The notes under the pieces were generated by a model. The model made no database searches, had not been told where the DNA came from, and saw only the letters and a program-made list of their open reading frames with translations. Positions 47,880-56,841 of a stretch of DNA of 64,000 nucleotides are shown one piece after another. Source of the DNA: a virus; the IMG/VR virus record IMGVR_UViG_3300020471_000623, positions 1 to 64,000 of that record; one strand, 5' to 3'. The stretch's first letter is position 1. The number at the start of each line of letters is the position of its first letter. The position numbers and the translations under genes were made by a program.

Positions 47880-48042
47880 TAGGTGTGGAGACAAACTTAA
47901 TCTAAAGAAAGATAAAGCATATTGTTTCCATAGTGATGAACAAGAAGTTTATATCTGTATCCCTTGCGTTCGAGAAGTATATACTGATTATGTAAAATTT
48001 AATGGTGATGGAAAGTTTATCCCAGATGAAGAACCGAATTGA
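47854..48042 (+). CDS. Small zinc-finger-like protein
   Basis: CDRC and CIPC pairs. Confidence 0.5.
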   Translation: MRKNTIKCDRCGDKLNLKKDKAYCFHSDEQEVYICIPCVREVYTDYVKFNGDGKFIPDEEPN

Positions 48043-49402
48043 ACAAGTAATATTAGAAAATTTAATTAAGGATGATGACTTTGTAAGAAAAGTCATTCCT
48101 TTTCTAAAGCCTGAATACTTTATGGCATTTGAAGACAATAAAGTATTTAAAATTATTCATGACTTTGTAGAAAAGTATAACAATCCGCCTAGTAAACAGG
48201 CAATCGTATTAGCATTGAATGAAGATAAGAGTTTGAACGAAGACACTCATGCTAAATGTATGGAGGTTGTTAATACATTAAATGGTGATGAAGTAGATAA
48301 AGCCTGGTTAGTAGATGAAACAGAAAAGTTCTGTAAAGATAAGGCTTTGTATTTGGGTGTTATGGAAAGTATCCAGATAATAGATGGCAAAAAGAAAGAC
48401 ATGTCTACAGATGCTTTGCCCGAGATATTATCTCAGGCATTACAAGTAGGATTTGATACTAATGTAGGACATGATTTTATTGAAGATGCCGATAAACGTT
48501 TTGATTTTTACAACAGACTAGAAGAAAAAGTTCCTTTTGATCTTGAAATGTTTAACAAGATTACAGAAGGTGGATTATCTAACAAGACATTAAATATAGC
48601 TCTGGCGGGCACGGGTGTAGGTAAATCCTTGTTTATGTGTCATATGGCGTCTGCTAATATTGCAGCAGGCAAAAATGTATTATACATTACTCTTGAAATG
48701 GCAGAAGAAAGAATAGCAGAACGTATTGATGCTAATCTTATGAACTTGCCTATAATGGAACTCAAGGATTTATCTAAACCTATGTATGAAGACAGAATAC
48801 AAAAGTTGAAAGATAAGTATGAAGGCAGATTAATTGTTAAGGAATATCCTACAGCATCTGCACATTCAGGACACTTTAAGGCTTTGATAAATGAATTGAA
48901 ACTAAAAAGGAATTTCTTTCCTGATATAATTTTTGTAGACTATTTGAATATATGCACAAGTTCTAGATTTAGGCCAGGTAGTAGTGCTAACTCCTATACA
49001 ATTATTAAGAGTATTGCAGAAGAGCTTAGGGGCTTAGCAGTAGAACAAGATGTTCCTATATTTAGTGCTACACAAACAACAAGAGGTGGTTATAATTCTA
49101 GTGATGTAGATTTGACAGACACCTCAGAAAGTTTTGGTTTGCCTGCTACAGCAGACTTGATGTTTGCTATTATTAGCACAGAAGAACTAGAAAACATGGG
49201 ACAGTTTATGATTAAACAATTAAAGAATAGATATGCTGACCCTACAAGAAACAAAAGATTTATGATTGGTGTTGATAGAGCTAAAATGAAACTGTTTGAT
49301 TTAGAACAGTCTGCACAGACAGCACTTACAGACGCCAACATAGACGTTCCGGTATTTGATAGAGGAAAACAGGAAGACAAATATGGAGACATTAAATTTT
49401 AA
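48002..49402 (+). CDS. gp41: Replicative DNA helicase
   Basis: AGTGVGKS, LEMAEE, VDYLNI, SESFGLP and KQLKNRY motifs. Confidence 0.97.
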   Translation: MVMESLSQMKNRIEQVILENLIKDDDFVRKVIPFLKPEYFMAFEDNKVFKIIHDFVEKYNNPPSKQAIVLALNEDKSLNEDTHAKCMEVVNTLNGDEVDKAWLVDETEKFCKDKALYLGVMESIQIIDGKKKDMSTDALPEILSQALQVGFDTNVGHDFIEDADKRFDFYNRLEEKVPFDLEMFNKITEGGLSNKTLNIALAGTGVGKSLFMCHMASANIAAGKNVLYITLEMAEERIAERIDANLMNLPIMELKDLSKPMYEDRIQKLKDKYEGRLIVKEYPTASAHSGHFKALINELKLKRNFFPDIIFVDYLNICTSSRFRPGSSANSYTIIKSIAEELRGLAVEQDVPIFSATQTTRGGYNSSDVDLTDTSESFGLPATADLMFAIISTEELENMGQFMIKQLKNRYADPTRNKRFMIGVDRAKMKLFDLEQSAQTALTDANIDVPVFDRGKQEDKYGDIKF

Positions 49403-50117
49403 TGATATCGAATGGGAAGTATTGGACACACCAATCGCGAAAAGATATTCTAAGTTTCTAAAAGATAGAGAAGACACAAAACAATTCTTCTATATGGGAG
49501 AAACAAAAACACAAATTAAAGACGAAATAGAAAAGATAGCATACATGAAAGGTGCTCCTACTATGGACTTGAATGATCTACATGAATATTTCGCAGATCA
49601 TGAGGACGATGAGGACTTACAAAGACTAAATCATCTTATTCATTATTATGAATTGATAGATAATAATTATCCTCCTCGATGGGGTTTTGAACCTACAGCA
49701 GATTATATTGGATTGCTTGAAGAAGACTTTGATCAGTTTACATTAACAAGACAATATGGTTATTTGTATATAGGTTATCCTCATGTAGGCAAACATTTTG
49801 CCGAGATAGTATTTTCTAATGATGTAGATATTAAAGAAGAACAATATCATCCTCAGGAAATATGTAGAACAAATTTTTTCTGTTGGCTAGGTAAAGAGAT
49901 TTCTAGTCCACCTGTAACGTTTTGGAATAAAGCACAAAAGGTTCATAAACAGGTAAAAGATAGATTAAATTTGCCTGAAATGGATGATCCTGCATTGCGC
50001 ATGGGCTATATTCCGTTTGCCAAGTTAAAGACTCGTATAAATAGTAATGAACTTGTTAGTCACCTATTGAAAGTGAAACAAAGTTCTACTAATTATACGG
50101 AGTTATTTAATGGCTGA
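49356..50117 (+). CDS. Hypothetical protein
   Basis: Long ORF in operon; LNHLIH and Y.HVGK motifs. Confidence 0.65.
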   Translation: MIEENRKTNMETLNFNDIEWEVLDTPIAKRYSKFLKDREDTKQFFYMGETKTQIKDEIEKIAYMKGAPTMDLNDLHEYFADHEDDEDLQRLNHLIHYYELIDNNYPPRWGFEPTADYIGLLEEDFDQFTLTRQYGYLYIGYPHVGKHFAEIVFSNDVDIKEEQYHPQEICRTNFFCWLGKEISSPPVTFWNKAQKVHKQVKDRLNLPEMDDPALRMGYIPFAKLKTRINSNELVSHLLKVKQSSTNYTELFNG

Positions 50118-50466
50118 AGGTAAAAGAGAAAATTTTGTTGAAATCAGTTTAGATGAATACGAAGAACTCAAAGCACAAATACCAGACCCAGACGAAGAAA
50201 AACCTTCTGGTAAACCTTGGTGGCAAGCACCAGATGAAAGAGGTTGGATTTGGGTAGCACCTGAGTATTTTAGCAGATGGAGATTATTTCCACGTGCTTT
50301 TATATCCATGTATATCTACTTGTTATTTGAAGTAACAATGTGGTTCATGGCTTTACCAGACCCTAATTCACAACAAGCAGGACTTGTTTCTGTTATTGTA
50401 GGGGCTGGAGCTGCTTGGTTCGGACTATATGTAAACAGCACATCAACAGACTTTAAGAAAGATTAA
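50110..50466 (+). CDS. Two-TM membrane protein (holin-like candidate)
   Basis: WRLFPR followed by two hydrophobic helices; late promoter at 50036-50043. Confidence 0.55.
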   Translation: MAEGKRENFVEISLDEYEELKAQIPDPDEEKPSGKPWWQAPDERGWIWVAPEYFSRWRLFPRAFISMYIYLLFEVTMWFMALPDPNSQQAGLVSVIVGAGAAWFGLYVNSTSTDFKKD

Positions 50467-50467
50467 C

Positions 50468-50881
50468 ATGCCTACAATAGAATTAAGCACATACTATGTT
50501 GAGTTCATAGGGTTTTTACTTACCTTGATGTTAGGTCTAGGTTTGAAAGACTGGGCTGGTTCTTTCATAAAGGGTATGAAATTCAGAATAAATCCTGCCT
50601 TTAAAGAAGGAGACAAAGTATTATTAGATGGTTGTCCAGCACTAATAGTTAAGATAGGATATTCAGAAACAGTATTTGGAGTATATGGAAAAGATGGTTA
50701 CACCTGGAGATATGTCCCTAATACTAGAATAGAGTATTTGAAACTAGAGAAGATTGTTGACCCTGAACTACATAGGGACACAGATCAAGAAAAAGCACAA
50801 AGAATAATAGACGCAATACAAGACGCTAATATTGAGGCCAACCAACAGGAGATAACAAAAATAAAAAATGGAGACAAGTGA
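50468..50881 (+). CDS. Membrane protein with MscS-like beta domain
   Basis: TM then F..G..F.....F.EGD.V.LDG and VPN. Confidence 0.6.
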   Translation: MPTIELSTYYVEFIGFLLTLMLGLGLKDWAGSFIKGMKFRINPAFKEGDKVLLDGCPALIVKIGYSETVFGVYGKDGYTWRYVPNTRIEYLKLEKIVDPELHRDTDQEKAQRIIDAIQDANIEANQQEITKIKNGDK

Positions 50882-51114
50882 TGCCGGCAAAATTCAAACC
50901 AAGCCACAAAGAGTCTATAAAAGGAGCTGATGGACGCCCAACCAAACGTTGGAGAATGAAACATTACTACCTTAAACAGACACCTACAGACGAGATAATC
51001 GAAGCTATAAACAAGGGTAAACCTAAACACAGAAACAAATTTATCAATGAATTGACCCGTAGAGGGGTAAAATTAGTGTGGAAAACCGAGGAAGAACTGG
51101 CTTTAGACACCTAA
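50878..51114 (+). CDS. Hypothetical basic protein
   Basis: GGAG RBS; HYY and NEL.RRG motifs. Confidence 0.6.
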   Translation: MMPAKFKPSHKESIKGADGRPTKRWRMKHYYLKQTPTDEIIEAINKGKPKHRNKFINELTRRGVKLVWKTEEELALDT

Positions 51115-51153
51115 CTTACTGTTATTAAACACAAAAAGATTTCAAAAAAAGGG

Positions 51154-51182
51154 TTGACAATTGGTTCACCAGAGTGCATAAT
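51154..51182 (+). promoter_or_regulatory. Early sigma70-type promoter
   Basis: TTGACA-attGGTTCaccAGAGTG-CATAAT; flanks shared with the 27881 promoter. Confidence 0.85.
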
Positions 51183-51214
51183 AACGGTATATTTAGTAAA
51201 AAGGTAAAGAAAAT

Positions 51215-51601
51215 ATGAAAACATGGGAACAACTAACAGAGAGAGAACAGTTACTAACTTATATCTCTGATGTCCACAAGGACGCATATGGCTTTAGGCC
51301 ACGTGGTTCTTACGACAACTATTCTGTAGTTGAGCTCAAGGCTGAGTTAGACAGACTTTGTGAGATTGCTGAAGAAGAATACAAACAGCAGCAAGCTCTT
51401 GAAGCCGAGAACTACAAGGCTCTTCATAAGCACTTTGCAGATTTAGTGAATATGGGGGCTAAAGACTTCAAACAGGCTCTTGCTTGGGACGTTCAAGCTG
51501 AAGAATGTGAGTATGAAGGCTATGTTGATTATGGCTTTTATTGCTACAAAAAAGGCTTGGCTTATGGCAAGCAGAGAGTTCTAGAAAGATTAGCAAGTTA
51601 A
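51215..51601 (+). CDS. Early hypothetical protein
   Basis: SD.HKDAYGFRPR motif; follows strong promoter. Confidence 0.7.
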   Translation: MKTWEQLTEREQLLTYISDVHKDAYGFRPRGSYDNYSVVELKAELDRLCEIAEEEYKQQQALEAENYKALHKHFADLVNMGAKDFKQALAWDVQAEECEYEGYVDYGFYCYKKGLAYGKQRVLERLAS

Positions 51602-51625
51602 TTGCGCTTTTGGTCCTATTGAGTG

Positions 51626-51654
51626 TTGACTCTTGGTTTACAAGAGTCTATAAT
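51626..51654 (+). promoter_or_regulatory. Sigma70-like promoter with 8-bp inverted repeat
   Basis: TTGACT-17 nt-TATAAT; GACTCTTG-gttta-CAAGAGTC. Confidence 0.8.
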
Positions 51655-51683
51655 GTGATAGTAAATATAGAAATGGAGATGTT

Positions 51684-52052
51684 ATGTCAGAGCAACTATT
51701 CAAATATGCAGGCTATTCAGTAACAGAGTCAGGCCAGACTAAGGCTAGATTCGGTAATGATATGGTCTCGCGCATAAAAAAACTTACGGCAAATTCTAAT
51801 ACAAACACTTGGTTTGCAGAACTGCCGGAAGCTATGACCAAGAAGGATGCGTGTAATTACTTACTACAAAACAACGAGGAAATTGCCTCGAATTTTGAAG
51901 TAAAAGATGCGCTACAGAAGGTCGTATATCGTAATGCACCTCGTGTAACGAGAACGGTTAATTTAGGAAACCCTACGGTTTCTTCAACAACCGTTGTCAA
52001 CGAGAGTGTGAATTCAACCAATGAAATGGGAGGCCAAGATGGCAACAACTAG
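51684..52052 (+). CDS. Conserved hypothetical protein
   Basis: F.YAGYS, K.RF.ND...RIK and ELPEAM.K motifs; GGAG RBS. Confidence 0.7.
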   Translation: MSEQLFKYAGYSVTESGQTKARFGNDMVSRIKKLTANSNTNTWFAELPEAMTKKDACNYLLQNNEEIASNFEVKDALQKVVYRNAPRVTRTVNLGNPTVSSTTVVNESVNSTNEMGGQDGNN

Positions 52053-52290
52053 AGTAACTCAGGAACAAAAAGTTCTTAACTTTTTGAATACCGGTGCTTC
52101 ATTAAGCAATGCTGTGGCAACACACAAGCTTAAAGTAAATAGACTTCCTGCTAAGATTAATGTTCTTAGAGGTAAAGGATATCCTATTTACACAAACACT
52201 AACCAACAAGGTAATGCTACCTACAGGTTAGGAACTCCTAGCAGAGCAATGATCTCAGCAGCTTTTGCAGCTGGTGTATCTTTTAGCTAA
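52039..52290 (+). CDS. Winged-HTH DNA-binding protein (start reassigned to 52039)
   Basis: GGAGG RBS; Q..KVL..L..G.SL....A, LR.KGY.IY.N and YRLGTPSR. Confidence 0.65.
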   Translation: MATTRVTQEQKVLNFLNTGASLSNAVATHKLKVNRLPAKINVLRGKGYPIYTNTNQQGNATYRLGTPSRAMISAAFAAGVSFS

Positions 52291-52300
52291 ACTGCTAGTC

Positions 52301-52349
52301 AACCAAGGGATATTGCTATCATAAGAACCATATCCCTTGGTTTATTTTT
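52301..52349 (+). terminator. 13-bp stem-loop followed by T-rich tract
   Basis: AACCAAGGGATAT-16 nt-ATATCCCTTGGTT-tattttt. Confidence 0.6.
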
Positions 52350-52386
52350 ATATACATATAAATAAAAGAACAAACACAGGAACACA

Positions 52387-52629
52387 ATGACCAATCCATT
52401 AGGTAAAGAATTACTAGAAGCCCTGGAGGCCAAATATAGGGGCGACATAGCTACAGCGGTAGCCAACATAAGAGTTTACATAGAAAATCCAGCTGGAATA
52501 GGCGAACACCCAGACGTAGTTCAAGCAATGGATACACAGATAGAGATTATAGCATCAGCACAAGAAAAATTAGATATCTTATTAAGTAGAAGATATAATT
52601 TTAGCGGAGCGAGGACTCCCGTTGAATAA
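52387..52629 (+). CDS. Conserved hypothetical protein
   Basis: NPAGIGEHPD motif; late promoter at 52357-52364. Confidence 0.75.
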   Translation: MTNPLGKELLEALEAKYRGDIATAVANIRVYIENPAGIGEHPDVVQAMDTQIEIIASAQEKLDILLSRRYNFSGARTPVE

Positions 52630-52843
52630 GGTGACTTGCTTTGGAGACGAATTTATAGGCGCAGAAGTATCTCAGACAGGAGATAATATGCACACGGTTA
52701 ATTATATAAGAGAAGGTGAGATAATCTTTTCTAATTATGTTTTTAATGATAACTTGGAATCAGGGAGACTTGATTCTATTGAAATGGCAACTAAATTTGT
52801 TGAGAGTGAGAAACTAAAGAATGGCAAACAATGTTTACAGTAA
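52622..52843 (+). CDS. Hypothetical protein
   Basis: Packed ORF with GAGG RBS. Confidence 0.5.
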   Translation: MNKVTCFGDEFIGAEVSQTGDNMHTVNYIREGEIIFSNYVFNDNLESGRLDSIEMATKFVESEKLKNGKQCLQ

Positions 52844-53318
52844 AATAATATTACAAGATGCTAATATAGATGCTGAAAAAGCTTTTGTAGAAGTATTTAA
52901 TTATTTAGAAGACAACGGTGAAAAAGGTCTAGAATATTCTCATATTCTTCCTGAAACAGAAATAATGGACAACTCATATTATGATGAGAACATTGGTCCT
53001 AGATTTGCAAACATCACAAAGTATATGGGAACAGAAGTAGAAATAACTTCTGGTTGGATGTCGCCTCACATATTTTTTGAAATACTAGGAGAACATCTAT
53101 CCTCATATGACCCTGATGTAAAACTAACTATGCAATATATAGATGAATATTATGTATTTGCAGGAGTTTATACATGGTTTGATGGTATGGAACAAAAAGA
53201 AGAATCAGGTGGTTGGTTTAGAGAACAACACGAAGAGATAGGAGGCAATCCTAGTGACTTGCCAGATTTTATATATGACACAATAGATGAATGGGTAGAA
53301 GATGAAATTAGATTATAA
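52821..53318 (+). CDS. Hypothetical acidic protein
   Basis: MANNV start; SGW..P and Y.DE...FAG motifs. Confidence 0.65.
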   Translation: MANNVYSKIILQDANIDAEKAFVEVFNYLEDNGEKGLEYSHILPETEIMDNSYYDENIGPRFANITKYMGTEVEITSGWMSPHIFFEILGEHLSSYDPDVKLTMQYIDEYYVFAGVYTWFDGMEQKEESGGWFREQHEEIGGNPSDLPDFIYDTIDEWVEDEIRL

Positions 53319-53742
53319 AGACGTAGGTAAAATAGGTATAACTTGTTCTACATTTGATTTACTACATGCAGGACATGTTGTAATGTTAGAAGAAGCTAAA
53401 CGTCATTGTGATTATCTAATAGCAGCCCTACAAGTAGACCCTACACAAGACAGAAAAGAAAAGAACAAACCTATACAAAGTGTCGTAGAAAGACAAATAC
53501 AACTAGCAGCAGTTAGATTTGTAGATGAGATTGTAGTATATAACACAGAAAAAGAATTAGATGATATATTTTTAACCTTGCCTATTAATGTTAGGATTAT
53601 AGGAGAAGAATATAAGGACAAAGATTTTACGGCAAAGAAAATTTGCTATAAAAGAAAGATAGAGATAATCTATAACAAGCGAGATCATTCTTTCAGTAGC
53701 ACTGATCTTAAAAAACGAACTAAAATTATGGAGATAAAATGA
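53302..53742 (+). CDS. Cytidylyltransferase (TagD-like)
   Basis: FDLLHAGH and R.H.FSST motifs. Confidence 0.9.
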   Translation: MKLDYKDVGKIGITCSTFDLLHAGHVVMLEEAKRHCDYLIAALQVDPTQDRKEKNKPIQSVVERQIQLAAVRFVDEIVVYNTEKELDDIFLTLPINVRIIGEEYKDKDFTAKKICYKRKIEIIYNKRDHSFSSTDLKKRTKIMEIK

Positions 53743-53933
53743 AAACAAATGCAGTTCAAAGAATAGTAAATTGTCTAAAGGCAGAGAAGAAAGCATTACA
53801 TGGTGAATTCAAAGCCTATTGGAAAAAGACTGCTCAGGACATCGCTACAAAAAACAATATAGATATAGCAGATGTAAAAGAAAACTTGGAGCTTTATGAT
53901 GCAAGAAATTATCAAAGTGGTAGCTACCACTAA
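53739..53933 (+). CDS. Hypothetical protein
   Basis: ATGA overlap; GGAG RBS. Confidence 0.55.
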   Translation: MKTNAVQRIVNCLKAEKKALHGEFKAYWKKTAQDIATKNNIDIADVKENLELYDARNYQSGSYH

Positions 53934-54231
53934 CATTTGGCAGAACTTCGGCGAAGTAAAAGAATATCCTATGTGGAGATCACAAGGAAGCGCTGAATAT
54001 ATTATAGGCTATTGCAAAGAGTTACCTTCTCATACTGAAGTAGGAGAAATGATTACAAAACTACAACATATATTAGAAGGCAAAGTAACAGACAATGTAA
54101 TAGAAATATTCTCAGGTTATGAGATATATGAAAAAGACAAACTAACACATAATGAATATTTCCAACTTAATCAAGGAGGGTCAATTGACTTCCCAGCAGA
54201 AGACATCACGAAAATCAAAGTCGAAGAATAG
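53896..54231 (+). CDS. Hypothetical protein
   Basis: GGAG RBS; packed ORF. Confidence 0.55.
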   Translation: MMQEIIKVVATTNIWQNFGEVKEYPMWRSQGSAEYIIGYCKELPSHTEVGEMITKLQHILEGKVTDNVIEIFSGYEIYEKDKLTHNEYFQLNQGGSIDFPAEDITKIKVEE

Positions 54232-54982
54232 ATTTACTGTAGGCTTCACATACTTTGATGAGCCACATATACTCAAACAACAATTTGAGATATGGAAAAT
54301 GTGGCCTAAAGATGTTGAAATTATATTAGTTGATGATGGGAGTGAACATTCACCTGCCAAAGATGTTATTGAAGAGGCAGGATTCAAGATGGAAGATTGG
54401 AATGCAGACTTTAGATTATTTAGAGTCACAAGGAATTTAGGATTCAATTCACATGGTTGTAGAAATCTAATAGCAAAATATGCTGAGACAGATACTATTG
54501 CCTTTTTGGATATGGATTGTAGAATACATGAAGGAGACATTGCACTCTTAAAACAAATGATATTCAATCCTGAAAAGATATATTTACATAGACTGTATAT
54601 GTATCAAGATCAAAAGTTATCTACTGCTCCAGGGCATAGAAACTGTTTTATAATTAACAAAGAACTATATTGGGCTGCTGGTGGTTATGATGAGTCCTTC
54701 ACAGGATATCATTATGGCGATTGGGAGTTTCATGAAAGAGTAGAAAAACTACAGGAGGAAAGAGGGACTTCTCCTACATGGGAAACGACTGGCATCACGG
54801 TTACCTGCACAAGAAAAGGCAGACATGGCTCTGTTAGACACGATGAGAATCTAACATTAGGTAGAACTACACATTATATTGATGATGAGTTATTCTATAC
54901 AGATAAAACAGAGGGTCAAGTTAAAAAATTACGAGGAACCAAGAAGCAAGTTATAGACTTTCCATTTATTGAAGTCTTATAA
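54152..54982 (+). CDS. GT-A glycosyltransferase (GT2/GT7-like)
   Basis: ILVDDGS, RN, DMD and GGYDESF.G...GD motifs. Confidence 0.85.
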   Translation: MNISNLIKEGQLTSQQKTSRKSKSKNRFTVGFTYFDEPHILKQQFEIWKMWPKDVEIILVDDGSEHSPAKDVIEEAGFKMEDWNADFRLFRVTRNLGFNSHGCRNLIAKYAETDTIAFLDMDCRIHEGDIALLKQMIFNPEKIYLHRLYMYQDQKLSTAPGHRNCFIINKELYWAAGGYDESFTGYHYGDWEFHERVEKLQEERGTSPTWETTGITVTCTRKGRHGSVRHDENLTLGRTTHYIDDELFYTDKTEGQVKKLRGTKKQVIDFPFIEVL

Positions 54983-54985
54983 ATA
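54978..54985 (+). promoter_or_regulatory. Late promoter TATAAATA
   Basis: Exact consensus just upstream of the ATG at 54992. Confidence 0.7.
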
Positions 54986-54991
54986 CTGCTT

Positions 54992-56149
54992 ATGAGGTTT
55001 ACAGAATTTTTAACAGAACAATCCGAGGAAGATAAACTCAAACATTTAGAACATGTTGAGGACCACGTCATCCATTCAGGACATAAAGGTTTTGGACACG
55101 CATTTCATACATTAAATGACGTGCATAATAACCTACAAGGCAAAGGTGGCAAAGATACACAGGTAACAATGAAATATGATGGCAGTCCTGCCGTTGTATT
55201 TGGTAAGCATCCTGAAAATGGTAAGTTCTTTGTAGCATCTAAGTCAGCATTCAATAAAAATCCTAAGATAAATCATACACACGAAGATATACAAAAGAAT
55301 CACGGACATGCTCCTGGACTTGTTCAGAAGTTAAGTGCAGCATTAGATCACGCACATAAAATAGAGCCTGATGGAATCTATCAGGCGGACATAATGCACG
55401 CAGGAGATGTTAAGAAGAAAGGCAACAGAGTAGAATTTACTCCTAACACTATTACATATCACGCACCACATGATTCAGATCATGGTAAAGCAGCAGCTAA
55501 TTCTAAACTAGGATTAGCAGTTCATACAAAGTATGAAGGCAAAAATATAGCAGATTTAAAGGCTGTTCATGGTGCAGTAGATATGAAAAACTTTAAACAA
55601 CATAAAGACGTCCATATGATGGACGCTAATCACGATACAAGCACTCATAGATACTCTATGGAAGACAGACAAAAGGTGCAACACCACTTGGACCAAGCAG
55701 TGGCACACTTCAAAAATACACCAAGAGAGCACCACGATACTGTGGCAAAACACGCAGTAGCAAAGAAAACATACATCAATCATACTGTAAGAACAGGAGA
55801 ACCTTATAGTCATGAAGGATTTGTAAAACATGTAACTGCTAGCCACCAAAAGAAAGTAGATAAAGTAAAAACAGACGCAGCTAAGGCTAGGCATCAAACT
55901 ACAATGGATAACACATTAGATCATATAAATAAGAACAAAGAACACTTTGAAGGGCCTATGAACATGCACAAACACCTTCAAGCAGCAAAGAATATTATTA
56001 CTAATACTTTGTCGCAGAAGTCACAGTATGGACATGAGATAGCAGGCTCTCCTAGTAAACCAGAAGGTTTTGTTGCCATACGAAATGGCAGACCTTCTAA
56101 ATTTGTAGATAGAAAAGAGTTTAGTGCAGCTAACTTTAATAAAGGATAA
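54992..56149 (+). CDS. DUF6267-like protein, His-rich, with capsid-targeting-like N terminus
   Basis: HLEHVED, KYDGSPA, FTPNTITY, PEGFV and KFVDR.EFS; N terminus MRFTEFLTE. Confidence 0.75.
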   Translation: MRFTEFLTEQSEEDKLKHLEHVEDHVIHSGHKGFGHAFHTLNDVHNNLQGKGGKDTQVTMKYDGSPAVVFGKHPENGKFFVASKSAFNKNPKINHTHEDIQKNHGHAPGLVQKLSAALDHAHKIEPDGIYQADIMHAGDVKKKGNRVEFTPNTITYHAPHDSDHGKAAANSKLGLAVHTKYEGKNIADLKAVHGAVDMKNFKQHKDVHMMDANHDTSTHRYSMEDRQKVQHHLDQAVAHFKNTPREHHDTVAKHAVAKKTYINHTVRTGEPYSHEGFVKHVTASHQKKVDKVKTDAAKARHQTTMDNTLDHINKNKEHFEGPMNMHKHLQAAKNIITNTLSQKSQYGHEIAGSPSKPEGFVAIRNGRPSKFVDRKEFSAANFNKG

Positions 56150-56784
56150 TGGATATTAATATAGAAGTAACAGAAAATGCAATAGAGTATTTGAAGGGAC
56201 TATTGGAAACAGTAGACATTCAAGACCCTAAAGGTCCTAAGACTAATATTAAAGTTTTTGTAGAAAACGGTGGGACTCCACATGCAGAAACAATGCTAAC
56301 GTATTGTAAAGAGTCAGAGAAAGGCGATTCAGAGGTAATAAACTTTGAACCTTTTGATCTGTATGTAGATAAAAACAGTATAAAATTTTTAGAAGACGCT
56401 AAAGTAGACCATAACAAGGATACTTTTGGAGGACAATTAACTATAAAGGCACCTAATTCTAAGGTATCTAAATTAGATGAAAATTCTACTTTAGAAGAGA
56501 AAGTTAATTATTATCTGTTCAATGATGTAGCTCCTATGTTAGCACAACATGGTGGTAATGTAAGACTACATAAAATTACAGAAGATAATATGGCAGTATT
56601 AGAATTTGGTGGGGGTTGTCAAGGGTGTAGTGCAGTAGATATGACACTTACTCATGGCATAGAACAAATAATTTTACAGAACGTTCCTGAGATAAAAGGC
56701 ATAATGGATATGACAGATCATAGTCTAGCACAGAATGCTTATTATAAGGACGAATCTGAAGCACAAGCATACGGAGGCTTTTAA
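56149..56784 (+). CDS. nfuA: Fe-S biogenesis protein NfuA (gammaproteobacterial two-domain type)
   Basis: Degenerate A-type domain GTP.AE...YC; QLTIKAPN; HGG and FGGGCQGC. Confidence 0.92.
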   Translation: MDINIEVTENAIEYLKGLLETVDIQDPKGPKTNIKVFVENGGTPHAETMLTYCKESEKGDSEVINFEPFDLYVDKNSIKFLEDAKVDHNKDTFGGQLTIKAPNSKVSKLDENSTLEEKVNYYLFNDVAPMLAQHGGNVRLHKITEDNMAVLEFGGGCQGCSAVDMTLTHGIEQIILQNVPEIKGIMDMTDHSLAQNAYYKDESEAQAYGGF

Positions 56785-56837
56785 TGCAAAAGAAATGCAA
56801 ATGTTGTGAATGCTGTTCTTGCACTTGTTGCGGGTAA
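56784..56837 (+). CDS. 17-aa Cys-rich micropeptide MQKKCKCCECCSCTCCG (metallothionein-like)
   Basis: GGAGG RBS; TAATG coupling to nfuA; 8 of 17 residues are Cys. Confidence 0.6.
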   Translation: MQKKCKCCECCSCTCCG

Positions 56838-56841
56838 TTAA

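Noticed and set aside
42186-49402. Introns or inteins in gp43, uvsX or gp41
   Set aside because: The ORFs are continuous, of ordinary length, and show no intein or homing endonuclease motifs.
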